A DNA stretch of 64,000 nt from an uncultured Candidatus Saccharibacteria bacterium (GCA_964518965.1 CAZFJP010000002.1:7795-71794), one strand, 5' to 3'; counted from the first letter of the stretch, positions 7,752 to 18,522 are shown. Made by a program: numbers and translations. The notes: generated by a model from the sequence alone, not told the origin.

Positions 7752-9125
7752 TCACTTCTCACCTGTCAACAAAAATCCCATCCCCATCAAAAGCCAAAGT
7801 AAATAAAACCCCATCATGGAAGTCAAAAGATAGTGATCAAGCATATTGGCTAAGAAGAGAGTAAACAAGGATAGTGAAACAACAAAAAAACCTACTTCTC
7901 GTTCTGATTTTAGTCCCCCTCTGATTCTAATGAGTAATTCCCTAAACCAATAGCCAATTAAAATCAAAACCAAGATCAATCCCCCGATACCTGTCTCCGC
8001 AAAAACTAATGCCAAAACATTATGCACCGGCTGGTAGAGAAATCCCTGATCGGTACTAGTAATCTGATTAAAAACCCCTTTCACATAATTTCCCGCCCCT
8101 ACTCCTTTCCACCAATATTTCTCGCTCAGTTGTTTTGTTTCCTGAAAGTAATCACTACGCGATTTGATCACTTGCGGCATATAAGATTCTTCGGGGTTAA
8201 AACGAACTTTAAGTGGTGCAAAAAAGAGAGCAACTGTTAAAATCAAACACCCCAGTAAAATTAAATTCACTTTAAAAATACGCTGGCGCAACTCTCTCGT
8301 TAATTTATGACGAAGATGACAAATCAAGAAAATGACCATGCCAACAATTGTAATTAATCCTAAAGGTAGCCAAGCTGAACGTGAGAAAGTAAAGAATAAT
8401 CCCAGAAACATTGTAAGAAAAGCAAAAATGAAGAGCAAAACAGATTCACAAGAACCTCGAAACTTTAACTTTTCTCTAACAGTAAGATAGAAACTAGTAA
8501 GTAAAATTAGCCCTACTGAAAGCACTCCTCCCAGAATATTTGGATGAGGTAAATTCCCATAAGCACGAAGTAAACGATGCCCACTCCATTCAATTACTGA
8601 AATTCCTAAAATACTTGGGTTCAATTTTGGTTCACCAACAATCAAAGTAAGATTCAAATCTCTCTGAAAAATCATCTGTCCAATACCAATAAGTCCTTCA
8701 AGAACAATAAACCCAATTAAGGATAACTGCCAAAAACGAAAAGAAACTCCAAGATTCAAAACGACCAAATAGAGTAAAAACCCCAAAATAAATTTGGTGA
8801 GAAAAAATAACGACACTTCCCGGTTTAATCCCCAAAGTCCCGTAATCAAAATCACGATCCCAATCAGCCCACTTAAAACTAAAAACCATTTAGGACCAAA
8901 GTAAAATCTTTTCTTCTTAAGAATCCGATAAATCACCAGACCAAGAAAACAGCCCAGAATTAAAACGCTCAAAGGATAAATTGCAAACGATTGATATTCA
9001 ATAAAACTACCGTTCCAAATTACCTTTTTAATAATCAAGCGGTCTTGCAAAAAGAGCCCCAAAACCAAAAAGAAAGCCAGAAGCTGCCAGAAATACTTTT
9101 TCGCTAATATGAACACCTTATTCAT
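7752..9125 (-). CDS. O-antigen ligase-family polytopic membrane protein
   Basis: RAYGNLPHPNILGG, TFSRSAW, GVGAGNY and QPVHNV motifs. Confidence 0.85.
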   Translation of the reverse strand: MNKVFILAKKYFWQLLAFFLVLGLFLQDRLIIKKVIWNGSFIEYQSFAIYPLSVLILGCFLGLVIYRILKKKRFYFGPKWFLVLSGLIGIVILITGLWGLNREVSLFFLTKFILGFLLYLVVLNLGVSFRFWQLSLIGFIVLEGLIGIGQMIFQRDLNLTLIVGEPKLNPSILGISVIEWSGHRLLRAYGNLPHPNILGGVLSVGLILLTSFYLTVREKLKFRGSCESVLLFIFAFLTMFLGLFFTFSRSAWLPLGLITIVGMVIFLICHLRHKLTRELRQRIFKVNLILLGCLILTVALFFAPLKVRFNPEESYMPQVIKSRSDYFQETKQLSEKYWWKGVGAGNYVKGVFNQITSTDQGFLYQPVHNVLALVFAETGIGGLILVLILIGYWFRELLIRIRGGLKSEREVGFFVVSLSLFTLFLANMLDHYLLTSMMGFYLLWLLMGMGFLLTGEK

Positions 9126-10087
9126 AGCAAATTTAAATTACCTAGGCGTTTTTCAAACTCGGAGCGAACGTAATCACGACGATCATTGAAATGAAACTTG
9201 AGCATCTTGTCACTAATCACTACATCCTTACCTTGATAATGTTTGGGAGTAATCATCGCTAATTTTTTAATTCTTGCCAACTGTAGCAATTTCAAAAACT
9301 TATTTAAACCCCATCCTAAACCGAGATTTAAAATTGTCTCAGTAATTTTCTTGATGAACTTGATAAGCCAAAAGCTACCAATAACATCAACGTGCCGATC
9401 AAAAGCTGATGGGTATGCCGGCAAAAAATTTTTAATCCAAAGATTGGTCCCCAAGAAACGCTTATAAATTCCTTCATCAAAAAGCGGAATAAACTGTGCA
9501 ACCAAGTAAGGAAGATCAATGTCATAGGGTTTTTTCGCTACCCAAAACAAATTTAAACAATCATCAGTAACATAAAAACTCAAGCAAATCTTGCCTGCTT
9601 TATTTTTCCCATAGCGTTCCCTTAAACCAGCAATACCGACAACAAAATTAACAAGAAAACGAGTTAGCCAAAGATAACGACGATCAACAACAAGAAACAA
9701 ATCTATGTCACTCTTATAATTTACGTAATCAATGGCTAGACTGTTGCAAATCGCAATCAGACGAACAAAAGGAATCCAGGACAAAATTCTCAAAGCTCTT
9801 TTGGCAATCCTCCAGTAAGACAAAACATAGTTACTGTAATTTCTCAAGCGATTTTCCACCAACGAATTTTTCTGACTTAAAAAATAAAACCCTCTCTCCA
9901 TTTCTACTTTTCCCTCTTCTACTAATTGCTCCAAAACCTCACTAATGTCATCCAACTTTGCCTTTTGTTTTAGGAGATAACGCTGTAACTCTATTAAAGT
10001 GAGAGGAAAATGCAAAATATCAAAATAAGCTAAGGTAGCCAAAACAGACTGACGAAGATTAAATTGAGTACTTAAAAAATCAAGCAT
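9122..10087 (-). CDS. Conserved hypothetical protein with a nucleotidyltransferase-like motif
   Basis: TLAYFDI..FPLT N-terminus; NSLA...SDIDLF (DxD) and KICLSFY; overlaps the O-antigen ligase start. Confidence 0.7.
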   Translation of the reverse strand: MLDFLSTQFNLRQSVLATLAYFDILHFPLTLIELQRYLLKQKAKLDDISEVLEQLVEEGKVEMERGFYFLSQKNSLVENRLRNYSNYVLSYWRIAKRALRILSWIPFVRLIAICNSLAIDYVNYKSDIDLFLVVDRRYLWLTRFLVNFVVGIAGLRERYGKNKAGKICLSFYVTDDCLNLFWVAKKPYDIDLPYLVAQFIPLFDEGIYKRFLGTNLWIKNFLPAYPSAFDRHVDVIGSFWLIKFIKKITETILNLGLGWGLNKFLKLLQLARIKKLAMITPKHYQGKDVVISDKMLKFHFNDRRDYVRSEFEKRLGNLNLL

Positions 10088-10215
10088 ATCTACTAATAAA
10101 ACGATTTTATTATAACATAGATTAGTTTTGATATTAGCTTATTTATGATAGAATAGAGTCAAGAAGACAAGATTTTTATTCTAAAACCAATTCCCATTTT
10201 ACATTTAACATTTTG

Positions 10216-11187
10216 ATGCGTGTTGTTAGTGGTATCAAACCTAGTGGTCGCCCGCACTTAGGAAATTACCTTGGTGCAATGCGTCATCACATTGAGATGC
10301 AGGATCAATATAATGATCTTTTCTTTTTCGTTGCCAACTATCATGCTCTCACTACCCTTAAAGATCCCCAGGAACTAGTGCAAAACAGCCGAGACATCGT
10401 TTTAGACTATTTAGCACTAGGACTAGATCCCAAAAAAGCAACGATCTTTAAACAATCAGATGTACCCGAAGTAGCTGAATTAAGCTGGATTTTTTCCTGC
10501 TTAACACCAATGGGACTTTTGGAACGCGCTCATGCTTACAAAGATGCAAAAGCAAAGAACAAGAAAAATGTTAATCACGGTTTGTTTGCTTATCCGGTTT
10601 TGATGGCAGCGGATATCTTAATCTACCAAGGAAATTTAGTCCCGGTTGGCAAAGATCAAATCCAACACGTAGAAATCGCTCGAGAAATTTCACGCACTTT
10701 CAATCGTGTTTACGGTAAAACCTTTGTTGAACCTAAAGAGGTAGTCCACAAAGACACCCAAGTAATCCTCGGTACTGACTGTCGCAAAATGAGCAAGTCC
10801 TATAATAATACGATTGAAATTTTTTCCGCGCCGAAAGAGACTGAAAAGAAAGTAATGAGTATGATTACTGACGTCAAAAGAATTAAAATGACTGATCCTG
10901 GTCATCCCGATGAATGCAATGTTTTTCATCTCCACCAAATCTTTACTCCAAATAAAATCAAGGAAATTGAAAAAAATTGCAAATCGGCAAAACTCGGTTG
11001 TGTAGAATGCAAAAAAATATTAGCCGAATCAATTATTAAATATTTTGAACCATTCCGAAAGAAAAGAGAGAAATTGGCAAAGAAAAAGGGATTGGTAGAA
11101 AAGATGCTTGCTGAGGGAGCAAAGAAGGCAAAAGCAATTGCCCGAAAAACAATGGAAGAGGTGAGAAAAAAAACTGGAATTAGCTAG
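10216..11187 (+). CDS. trpS: Tryptophan--tRNA ligase
   Basis: SGIKPSGRPHLGNYLG, YPVLMAADIL, VPVGKDQ, KMSKS. Confidence 0.97.
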   Translation: MRVVSGIKPSGRPHLGNYLGAMRHHIEMQDQYNDLFFFVANYHALTTLKDPQELVQNSRDIVLDYLALGLDPKKATIFKQSDVPEVAELSWIFSCLTPMGLLERAHAYKDAKAKNKKNVNHGLFAYPVLMAADILIYQGNLVPVGKDQIQHVEIAREISRTFNRVYGKTFVEPKEVVHKDTQVILGTDCRKMSKSYNNTIEIFSAPKETEKKVMSMITDVKRIKMTDPGHPDECNVFHLHQIFTPNKIKEIEKNCKSAKLGCVECKKILAESIIKYFEPFRKKREKLAKKKGLVEKMLAEGAKKAKAIARKTMEEVRKKTGIS

Positions 11188-11581
11188 GATCACTTATAAA
11201 ACAGGGTTCATTAAAAACACTGTTTTTTGATTGAATGAATTGATAAAATATGCTAAAGTAAGAGGTGTCCCAAAAAAGCAAGTTCCTTAAATTTATTTAA
11301 CCAATCTTAGGAACTGCGCCAGCCTAGGATTGGAGGAGTGTCGGAGGAGTGTCAAAAGAGACTTGACCTCGCTTCCTCCCGGTGCTGGTAAACCAAGTTC
11401 TCCAAGACACTCCTCTGCTATTATTCTAACTACCTTTACTTCAGCGAAAACCAAATTTGAATTGAAAGGAGGAAAACTATTGAAAAATAAACATTCTCTT
11501 CCCCCACCAGTCTTATAAGGTTGGGGGTGAAGAACGGCGCGAAATAAACCACCTCCTAAAACCTTAAACCGGGAGAAAGCA

Positions 11582-11848
11582 ATGTGTCTTTATTCAAAAA
11601 ATGAGGTCGAATCCTGTTGCGAAAACAAAGGTCTCGACCTCTTATGGTACGACAGAGGAAAAAGAGGAGTGATCTCTGACAGTCTAAGAATCATCGGGAT
11701 TGTCCTGGAAGTGGAACGAGAGCGTGGAAGATTTCTCGTCTTCGCTCCACCAAACGGGAATGACCAGGCATTCATCGATCCTCTTAGGTTCACGTCAATC
11801 CCGATTGGCTACCATAGCCAAATACAGACCTATATCTCCTCCATATAA
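11582..11848 (+). CDS. Hypothetical protein
   Basis: GGGAGA SD before ATG; terminator at 11880-11912; no recognisable family. Confidence 0.5.
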   Translation: MCLYSKNEVESCCENKGLDLLWYDRGKRGVISDSLRIIGIVLEVERERGRFLVFAPPNGNDQAFIDPLRFTSIPIGYHSQIQTYISSI

Positions 11849-11879
11849 TACTTCCCCAGTAAGTAGCTGAAGATTTACA

Positions 11880-11912
11880 CCCCGCGACCACTTTTCTGAC
11901 CGCGGGGTTTTT
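11880..11912 (+). terminator. Intrinsic terminator
   Basis: CCCCGCG-accacttttctgac-CGCGGGG-TTTTTT. Confidence 0.7.
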
Positions 11913-12052
11913 CTTTACCTCAGTCTATTTAAAAGCAAGAATCCCCTCGTATGAAGGGATTCTTTGTCCAAAACCGCTAAATCTGTTAAAATAAATTTGG
12001 CAAGGAAAAAGCAAGTTAGTAATTAGTAACTTGCATTGTTTGTTGTACTTAA

Positions 12053-12142
12053 GGAAAGGTGGCAGAGTGGTTGAATGCGCTCGCTTGGAGAGCGGGTATG
12101 CCCGCAAGGGCATCTCGGGTTCGAATCCCGACCTTTCCGCCA
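12053..12142 (+). tRNA. tRNA-Ser(GGA)
   Basis: GGAAAGGTGGCAGAGTGG...CTCGC-TTGGAGA-GCGGG, long variable arm, ...CCTTTCCGCCA. Confidence 0.97.
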
Positions 12143-12203
12143 AAAAATAAATTAAAAGTTAAAAATTAAAACTTAAAAAATCCATTATTTAGACTAACTC
12201 TCA

Positions 12204-13994
12204 ATGACTGTAGTTGACGACATCAAAGACCAATTGGATATTGTAGAAGTGATTTCGGAACATCTTACCTTGAAAAAGGCAGGGCGGAATTTTAAGGCAC
12301 TCTGCCCTTTTCACAATGAAAAAACTCCTTCCTTCATCGTCAATCCCGAGCGCCAAATCTGGCACTGCTTCGGATGTGGCAAAGGCGGTGACATCTTTGG
12401 CTTCATCAAAGAAATTGAAGGAGTAGAGTTCAAAGAAGCACTAAGAATCCTTGCTGACAAAGCCGGAATAGAATTACGGCCAGAAGACCCTGAAGTGAAA
12501 AACGCGCGCATCAGAATGGCAGAAATGAATGAACACGCGGCAAACTTTTTCCACTATCTCCTCTCGCAAAAAATCGGTCAACATGCTTATGATTATCTAA
12601 AGAAACGCCAGGTTTCTTTGGACACTATTAAAAAGTTTCGAATTGGTTATGCGCCAGATAGCTTTGATTCCTTACTTCGTTTCCTGCGCAAAAAAAATTA
12701 CCATGATGACGAGATTGTCCAGGCAGGACTTGCTACTCGCAATGAAGATGGTCAAATCTACGACAAGTTCCGTGCCCGTTTAATGTTTCCGATTAGAAAT
12801 CTGGAAAGTCAAACCATTGCCTTTGGCGGACGTACCCTCAAAGAAGACATCCCCAATATTCCCAAATATCTCAACTCTCCCCAAACTCTTATCTATAACA
12901 AGAGCAGCATTCTCTATAATCTTGATCAGGCTCGTAGTTATGTGCGCAAAACTAATTATTTTATCCTCGTTGAGGGTTACATGGATGTCATTGCCGTTTG
13001 GCAAGCAAAAGATTTTTCTGTGATTGCTTCCTCGGGTACTGCTCTAACTGAACAGCAACTAAATATCTTAAAACGTTACACTTCTAATCTTCTTTTCGCC
13101 TTTGATTCCGACACTGCCGGAAGCGAAGCAACTAAACGCGGGATTGAATTAGCATTATCAAAAGGATTCAATTTAAAAATAGTTGACTTAGGAAAATTCA
13201 AAGATCCGGATGAAATGATTAAAGAAAACCCTCTTCTCTGGAAAGAAGCAATCAAAAAAGCCCTTCCGGTAATTGAGTTCTTTTTCAAGAAGTCAATTCC
13301 CACTAAAACCAGATTTACCCCTGAAAATCAGAAAAAAATTAGTGCCGAAATTCTTCCTCTCCTTGCAAAACTCCAATCTCCTATTGATCAAGACCACTAC
13401 TTGCAAAAACTAGCAGTAAAATTGGATCTCGATACTAAGACAATTCAAACCGAGTTTAAAAATTACTTGCAAGAACGTGAGCAATATGCTAAAATTCAAG
13501 ATAGCCAAGCAAAAGATTTGAACAAAAATCGAGCTCAAATCACCTTGGGTGAGTTTTTAGTTGCTACTGCAATTTTGGAGCCGCGTTTTCAGAAAATCAT
13601 CTTCAAACAACTGAACGAAACTGATTTTCCAAACGAATCACTAATACAGAATATCTTTAAGATTGCTAACACGAAAAAGATCCTTCCCTTAAATACCCGG
13701 GATTTCCTCAAAGAATTAGATTATAATACCAAGAATAAACTAAACTTAATTCTGACTAAAGTAGAGATAGAAAATGAAAAATTGGCTTCCCCTCTTGATT
13801 CAAATAAAATTGAAGAATACATCCGTAAATGCAAACTACAAAAAATTAGACAACAAATTAAAAAATTACACCAAAATTTAAAAACTGCTGAAGAAAATCA
13901 TAACCAAGAACAAATCAAAAGATACACTCTTAAAATCAGCAATCTTACAAAAAAGATCTACGCCTTAGAAAATGATCGGGGTGTTAGATGTTAG
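12204..13994 (+). CDS. dnaG: DNA primase
   Basis: CPFHNEKTPSF zinc finger, KYLNSP, VEGYMDVI TOPRIM, FDSDTAG. Confidence 0.98.
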   Translation: MTVVDDIKDQLDIVEVISEHLTLKKAGRNFKALCPFHNEKTPSFIVNPERQIWHCFGCGKGGDIFGFIKEIEGVEFKEALRILADKAGIELRPEDPEVKNARIRMAEMNEHAANFFHYLLSQKIGQHAYDYLKKRQVSLDTIKKFRIGYAPDSFDSLLRFLRKKNYHDDEIVQAGLATRNEDGQIYDKFRARLMFPIRNLESQTIAFGGRTLKEDIPNIPKYLNSPQTLIYNKSSILYNLDQARSYVRKTNYFILVEGYMDVIAVWQAKDFSVIASSGTALTEQQLNILKRYTSNLLFAFDSDTAGSEATKRGIELALSKGFNLKIVDLGKFKDPDEMIKENPLLWKEAIKKALPVIEFFFKKSIPTKTRFTPENQKKISAEILPLLAKLQSPIDQDHYLQKLAVKLDLDTKTIQTEFKNYLQEREQYAKIQDSQAKDLNKNRAQITLGEFLVATAILEPRFQKIIFKQLNETDFPNESLIQNIFKIANTKKILPLNTRDFLKELDYNTKNKLNLILTKVEIENEKLASPLDSNKIEEYIRKCKLQKIRQQIKKLHQNLKTAEENHNQEQIKRYTLKISNLTKKIYALENDRGVRC

Positions 13995-14048
13995 ATGTAA
14001 AATACCTAATCGCATACATCTGACACCTACTATCTCACGCTTCACATT
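13982..14048. repeat. Inverted heptamer-array hairpin (GATGTTA family) overlapping the dnaG stop
   Basis: tgttaga tgttaga tgtaaaa ... catctga cacctac tatctca cgcttca ca. Confidence 0.65.
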
Positions 14049-14060
14049 TTTAAAAAACAA

Positions 14061-15167
14061 ATGGCAAAAAGACGCGAAAAGCATCAACCTAAAGTTTCTC
14101 CTGATTTAACCCCGCAGGAAAAACTCTTTCACCTCGGCAAGGAACGCGGTTTTGTTACCCAGCAGGAAATCCTCCAACTCATTCCCAACATTGAAGATCG
14201 TATTGAGGAAATTGATCAATTTCTGGGAAAACTTAATAAAGCTAAAATTAGAGTAATTGACGCTATTGACAAAATTATTCTGGAAACTTCCGCAACTCCT
14301 GATCAGGAAGAAAACACTAATATCACCGGGATTGATATTCTCGATAGCGCTAATGACTCAGTACAAATGTATTTGCGTGAAATTGGCAAAGTTTCTCTCC
14401 TTTCTAGTGAAGAAGAAATCAACTTGGCAAAAAGAATTGCTAAAGGAGAACAAGCAGCACGCAAACAACTAGTAGAGGCGAATCTCCGACTTGTCGTCAG
14501 TATCGCTAAGAACTATACTGGCCGTGGTCTATCACTACTTGATTTAATTCAAGAAGGAAACATTGGTCTTTTCCGTGCCGTGGAAAAGTTTGACTACACC
14601 CGCGGCTATAAATTTTCTACCTACGCTACTTGGTGGATTCGACAGGCGATCACCCGCGCAATTGCTGACCAGGCACGTACAATTCGTATCCCCGTCCATA
14701 TGGTAGAAACAATTAATAAACTAACCCAAGTTCAACGTAACCTTGTTCAGGAGTTAGGCCGCGAACCTACCGCTGAAGAAATTGCCTCCGAAATGGGTAT
14801 TCCCGCCGATAAAGTCCGCCAAATTATCAAAGTTTCCCAAGAAACTGTTTCTCTGGACACCCCTGTCGGCGATGAGGAAGATAGCAAACTTGGCGACTTT
14901 ATTGAAGACGAAGTTTCTCTTTCTCCTCAAGACCGCTCTAACTTAAACCTTCTTAAGGAGCATGTTTCAGAGATTGTTCAATATCTTTCCCCGCGAGAGC
15001 AAAAAATTGTCCGGATGCGCTTTGGCTTGGAAAACGGGCAAAGCCACACTTTAGAGGAAGTAGGAAAAGAATTCGGCGTGACTCGGGAACGCATCCGTCA
15101 AATTGAAGCAAAGGCACTAGAGAAAATTAGAAAACATCACCGCAGTACGGTTTTGGAAGGATATTAA
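14061..15167 (+). CDS. rpoD: RNA polymerase primary sigma factor (SigA/RpoD)
   Basis: [59 protein letters not shown]. Confidence 0.98.
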   Translation: MAKRREKHQPKVSPDLTPQEKLFHLGKERGFVTQQEILQLIPNIEDRIEEIDQFLGKLNKAKIRVIDAIDKIILETSATPDQEENTNITGIDILDSANDSVQMYLREIGKVSLLSSEEEINLAKRIAKGEQAARKQLVEANLRLVVSIAKNYTGRGLSLLDLIQEGNIGLFRAVEKFDYTRGYKFSTYATWWIRQAITRAIADQARTIRIPVHMVETINKLTQVQRNLVQELGREPTAEEIASEMGIPADKVRQIIKVSQETVSLDTPVGDEEDSKLGDFIEDEVSLSPQDRSNLNLLKEHVSEIVQYLSPREQKIVRMRFGLENGQSHTLEEVGKEFGVTRERIRQIEAKALEKIRKHHRSTVLEGY

Positions 15168-15257
15168 AGCCAATTTTTACCCCTTGCGCTTTACCTTTTG
15201 CGTTTTGTATTTCTATTGTATAATAAATCTAGCTTAACAATATAACCAAAAATAATT

Positions 15258-15776
15258 ATGACGATACCAACGTGGGACCTTTTTATTATGCTGTTCTTCG
15301 CGATTGCTGTTGCTTATGGTTTTCTCTTGGGAAAAAATCGCATCGTGTTAACAATGCTCACAACTTACATCATGTTAGCAGTTGCCAACGAAGTAGGCGA
15401 CGCGTTACTCTCGGCAAACTTCATTTTCAAGACTGGTACTTCTACCTTCATTCTCAAAACTTCGGTCTTTCTAATCGCGGTGTTCCTGCTTGCAATTCTT
15501 TTCTCAAGCCGTAGTGCAATTTCCAAATACCTTGCTGGTAGCGATGAGAGCGGCAGTATGAGTTCTATCATTTTCACAATTATCTACAGTTTTCTCTCTG
15601 CTGGTCTAATTATCACTTCCATTATTTTCTTTATGACCCCAGAGGGACGCAATCAATTCTTTGCTCAATCTCATTGGGCAAAGGTAATGATGGATTTGAG
15701 AATCTGGTGGTTAATCTTACCATTGGTAGTATTAGTTTTTGAAAATTTCCGCCACGGGAATAGTGGAAACGAATAA
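15258..15776 (+). CDS. Conserved membrane protein (CvpA-like)
   Basis: Four to five TM segments; WDLFI..FF...VAYGFLLG. Confidence 0.6.
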   Translation: MTIPTWDLFIMLFFAIAVAYGFLLGKNRIVLTMLTTYIMLAVANEVGDALLSANFIFKTGTSTFILKTSVFLIAVFLLAILFSSRSAISKYLAGSDESGSMSSIIFTIIYSFLSAGLIITSIIFFMTPEGRNQFFAQSHWAKVMMDLRIWWLILPLVVLVFENFRHGNSGNE

Positions 15777-15995
15777 ACTACTTTAATCTCCAACTTTCGC
15801 GTCTAAGCTGCTTAAAAGGCAGTGTTAATATAGCTCTAATTTACATTCACAAGCGTTTTTGCTTAGAAGTCCCGAGGTGGAGTCCCGCCAGGCCGGCGGG
15901 ACAGGCTTTTTTGATAAAATTGAGGAAAGAAATTTCACTTAAAAATCCTAGATTGAAATTAAAATTGCTTGTTTGTAACCTAAACCTACGCGCCT

Positions 15996-16071
15996 GGGTC
16001 GTTAGCTCAGTTGGTAGAGCACCTGCCTTTTAAGCAGGGTGTCACAGGTTCGATCCCTGTACGACCTACCA
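15996..16071 (+). tRNA. tRNA-Lys(TTT)
   Basis: GGGTCGTTAGCTCAGTTGGTAGAGCACCTGC-CTTTTAA-GCAGG...TTCGATCCCTGTACGACCTACCA. Confidence 0.97.
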
Positions 16072-16121
16072 AAAAACCTAAATGTAAAAATAATCTACGT
16101 TTTTTTATCTTACAGCTAGCT

Positions 16122-16460
16122 ATGAATCAAGATCAGATCGAGAAATTAATCGCAAGTATTCGAGCATTTTCAAAGTGCCCAACTTGTCAGGCACAGTATG
16201 AGGCAGGTCAAATTCAACTTATTGAAGAAACTGCCAACACTTGTCTTTTGGAAATGCATTGCAGTAAATGTAATACCAAGGCCCTAGGAACAGTTATAAT
16301 CCATGATTCCGATCTTAGCAATTCTCTTCCCTCAAAGAAATTTCCTTACAGTTTAATTAATAAAAATAAAGTAATTGAATTCAACCAGTTTTTGCAGAAA
16401 TTTGATGGCAATTTCGTTAAACTATTCAGCTCTCTAAAAAAAAGAAATGGAAACCATTGA
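16122..16460 (+). CDS. Zinc-ribbon hypothetical protein
   Basis: CPTC...CSKC; C-terminal L..FDGNF..LF; start moved to ATG 16122, downstream of the tRNA. Confidence 0.7.
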   Translation: MNQDQIEKLIASIRAFSKCPTCQAQYEAGQIQLIEETANTCLLEMHCSKCNTKALGTVIIHDSDLSNSLPSKKFPYSLINKNKVIEFNQFLQKFDGNFVKLFSSLKKRNGNH

Positions 16461-17193
16461 TCTTGCTGCGCAATTACGTAAATCAAAAGTAAAACCTCAG
16501 GCGATTCGCCGAAAGGGTTTAATTCCTGCGGTAATTTACGGACATGGAATCAAAAATCAACTTCTTGCAGTTAAAGCCAATGAGTTTAATCATATTTATC
16601 AAAAAGCAGGAGAAAGCCGTTTTGTTGACCTCACTATCGAAAAAGAAACCCCGGTTAAAGTTTTGATTCACGACACTCAAAAAGACCCCCTTTCTGGAAA
16701 TTATATTCATGTTGACTTCTACCAAATTCGCACTGATGAAAAGATTACCACCAAAGTTCCCTTAAAATTCACAGGGGTTTCTAAAGCAGCGAAAGAAGAA
16801 GAGGGAATTCTCGTAAAAAATATCGATGAACTAGAAGTCACCTGCCTGCCAAATAATTTAGTTTCCGAAATTGTTGTGGATATCTCACCCTTAAAAACTT
16901 TTGATGATGCAATTCACATTAAAGATTTAAAACTTCCTCAAGGAATTGAAATCAGCAACAATCCTGAAGAAGTAGTCGCAACAGTTACCCCACCCCGTAG
17001 CGAAGAAGAGCTAGAAGAACTAGAAAAAGAAGCAGAGGCAGATGTTGATCAAGTAGAAATCACCACTGAGAAGAAAGAAGAGAACGAAGATACCGAAGAA
17101 GGTAAAGAAAGCCCATCAACTATTGAAGCAGACAAAAAAGAAGCTCCCACAAAAGAAGAAAAGGAAAAAGAAGCAGTCAAGACCTCTCGTTAA
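16447..17193 (+). CDS. rplY: 50S ribosomal protein L25 (CTC type)
   Basis: RRKGLIPAVIYG, HVDFYQI, acidic C-terminal tail. Confidence 0.96.
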   Translation: METIDLAAQLRKSKVKPQAIRRKGLIPAVIYGHGIKNQLLAVKANEFNHIYQKAGESRFVDLTIEKETPVKVLIHDTQKDPLSGNYIHVDFYQIRTDEKITTKVPLKFTGVSKAAKEEEGILVKNIDELEVTCLPNNLVSEIVVDISPLKTFDDAIHIKDLKLPQGIEISNNPEEVVATVTPPRSEEELEELEKEAEADVDQVEITTEKKEENEDTEEGKESPSTIEADKKEAPTKEEKEKEAVKTSR

Positions 17194-17334
17194 AGTCTTT
17201 GCTCCTTGAGGAAAAGAAGCAATATCTAAAAAACCTGTCTCCACTAAAACCTCGGCTGGCAAAGCACCGAAATAACCTCTTTTCTTAAATCTATCTCTTA
17301 ATAGGCACCAAAAGGCGCCTATTTGTTTCTCAAA

Positions 17335-18435
17335 ATGACAACCACTGATTACTACCAAATTTTAGGCGTCTCCAGAAACGCTTCTATTGATGAAATTAAA
17401 AAGGCCTACCGCAAATTAGCTCATCTTTACCACCCCGACAAAAGCGGCGGAGATGAGAAAAAATTCAAAGAAATTAATGAGGCTTACCAGGTACTGTCTG
17501 ATCCACAAAAAAGACGACAGTATGATCAATTTGGTCAGGCAGGACCACAATTCAGCCAAGGATTTAGCGATTTTGGAGAACGGCAAGATTTCCAAAGTAC
17601 CAATTTTGACTTTGGTAATCTTCACTTTGATTTTGGTAGTTTTGGAGAGTTCGGTGATATTTTTGAATCAATGTTCGGTGGAAAAAGTCACACAGCAAAT
17701 TATGAGAAAAATCTCCGCGGTGAGGATTTGGAAATTGCATTGAAAATTGATCTAAAAGAAGCTGTGTTTGGTACAACAAAGGAGATTCGTTTAAAAAAAA
17801 GAGTCAGTTGCCCTGATTGTGGAGGAACAGGAATTGAGAAAGGATCCGGTAAGCAAAAATGTTCTCATTGCAAAGGACAGGGAACACTCCGCAAGGCTCG
17901 CCGTACTCTTTTCGGACAGTTTATCCAAGAAACAATTTGCCCAAATTGTAGTGGGCAAGGAGAAGTTCCCGAAAAACTTTGTCACAAGTGTCGAGGAAAA
18001 GGATTTGTCAAGGACACACCCACTCTTGCAATCAAAATTCCCAGAGGTATTGAAAATGGAACTATTTTAAGAATGCCAGGTGGCGGCAACGCCGGAGAAA
18101 AAGGCGGGGAAAGCGGAGATTTACTTGTCCATATAACAATAAATCCCCATCCCTACTTTGAACGCAAAGGTAATGACATCATAAGCAAATTACCGTTGAC
18201 TTTCAGCCAAGCAGCTTTAGGCGACACAGTAGAAACGGAAACTCTTTATGGTCGGGTGCGAGTAAAAATTCCTGCCGGTATCCAAAGCGGTGAGAAAATC
18301 CGCTTGAAGCATAAAGGAATCGAAAGTGAGAAAGGCAAAGGCGATCATTACTTAGAAACTGTTATTGTCACTCCCGAAGAACTTTCGCGAGAGGAGAAAG
18401 AGTTGTTTAAGCAGTTAAGAAATCTCGGGAAGTAA
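17335..18435 (+). CDS. dnaJ: Chaperone DnaJ
   Basis: [11 protein letters not shown], four CxxCxGxG repeats. Confidence 0.97.
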   Translation: MTTTDYYQILGVSRNASIDEIKKAYRKLAHLYHPDKSGGDEKKFKEINEAYQVLSDPQKRRQYDQFGQAGPQFSQGFSDFGERQDFQSTNFDFGNLHFDFGSFGEFGDIFESMFGGKSHTANYEKNLRGEDLEIALKIDLKEAVFGTTKEIRLKKRVSCPDCGGTGIEKGSGKQKCSHCKGQGTLRKARRTLFGQFIQETICPNCSGQGEVPEKLCHKCRGKGFVKDTPTLAIKIPRGIENGTILRMPGGGNAGEKGGESGDLLVHITINPHPYFERKGNDIISKLPLTFSQAALGDTVETETLYGRVRVKIPAGIQSGEKIRLKHKGIESEKGKGDHYLETVIVTPEELSREEKELFKQLRNLGK

Positions 18436-18522
18436 TTAAGTCCAAATTACATCACTTAAAAACTACCACGAACCACAGATGGTGATAGTTTTTAAAAAGA
18501 AAAAGCCCGCTTCTGAAGCGGG

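Noticed and set aside
11925-12143. 72-aa minus-strand ORF (MAERSGFEP...)
   Set aside because: Reverse-complement translation of tRNA-Ser.
16011-16121. N-terminal extension of the 149-aa ORF
   Set aside because: Overlaps tRNA-Lys(TTT); the real start is probably ATG 16122.
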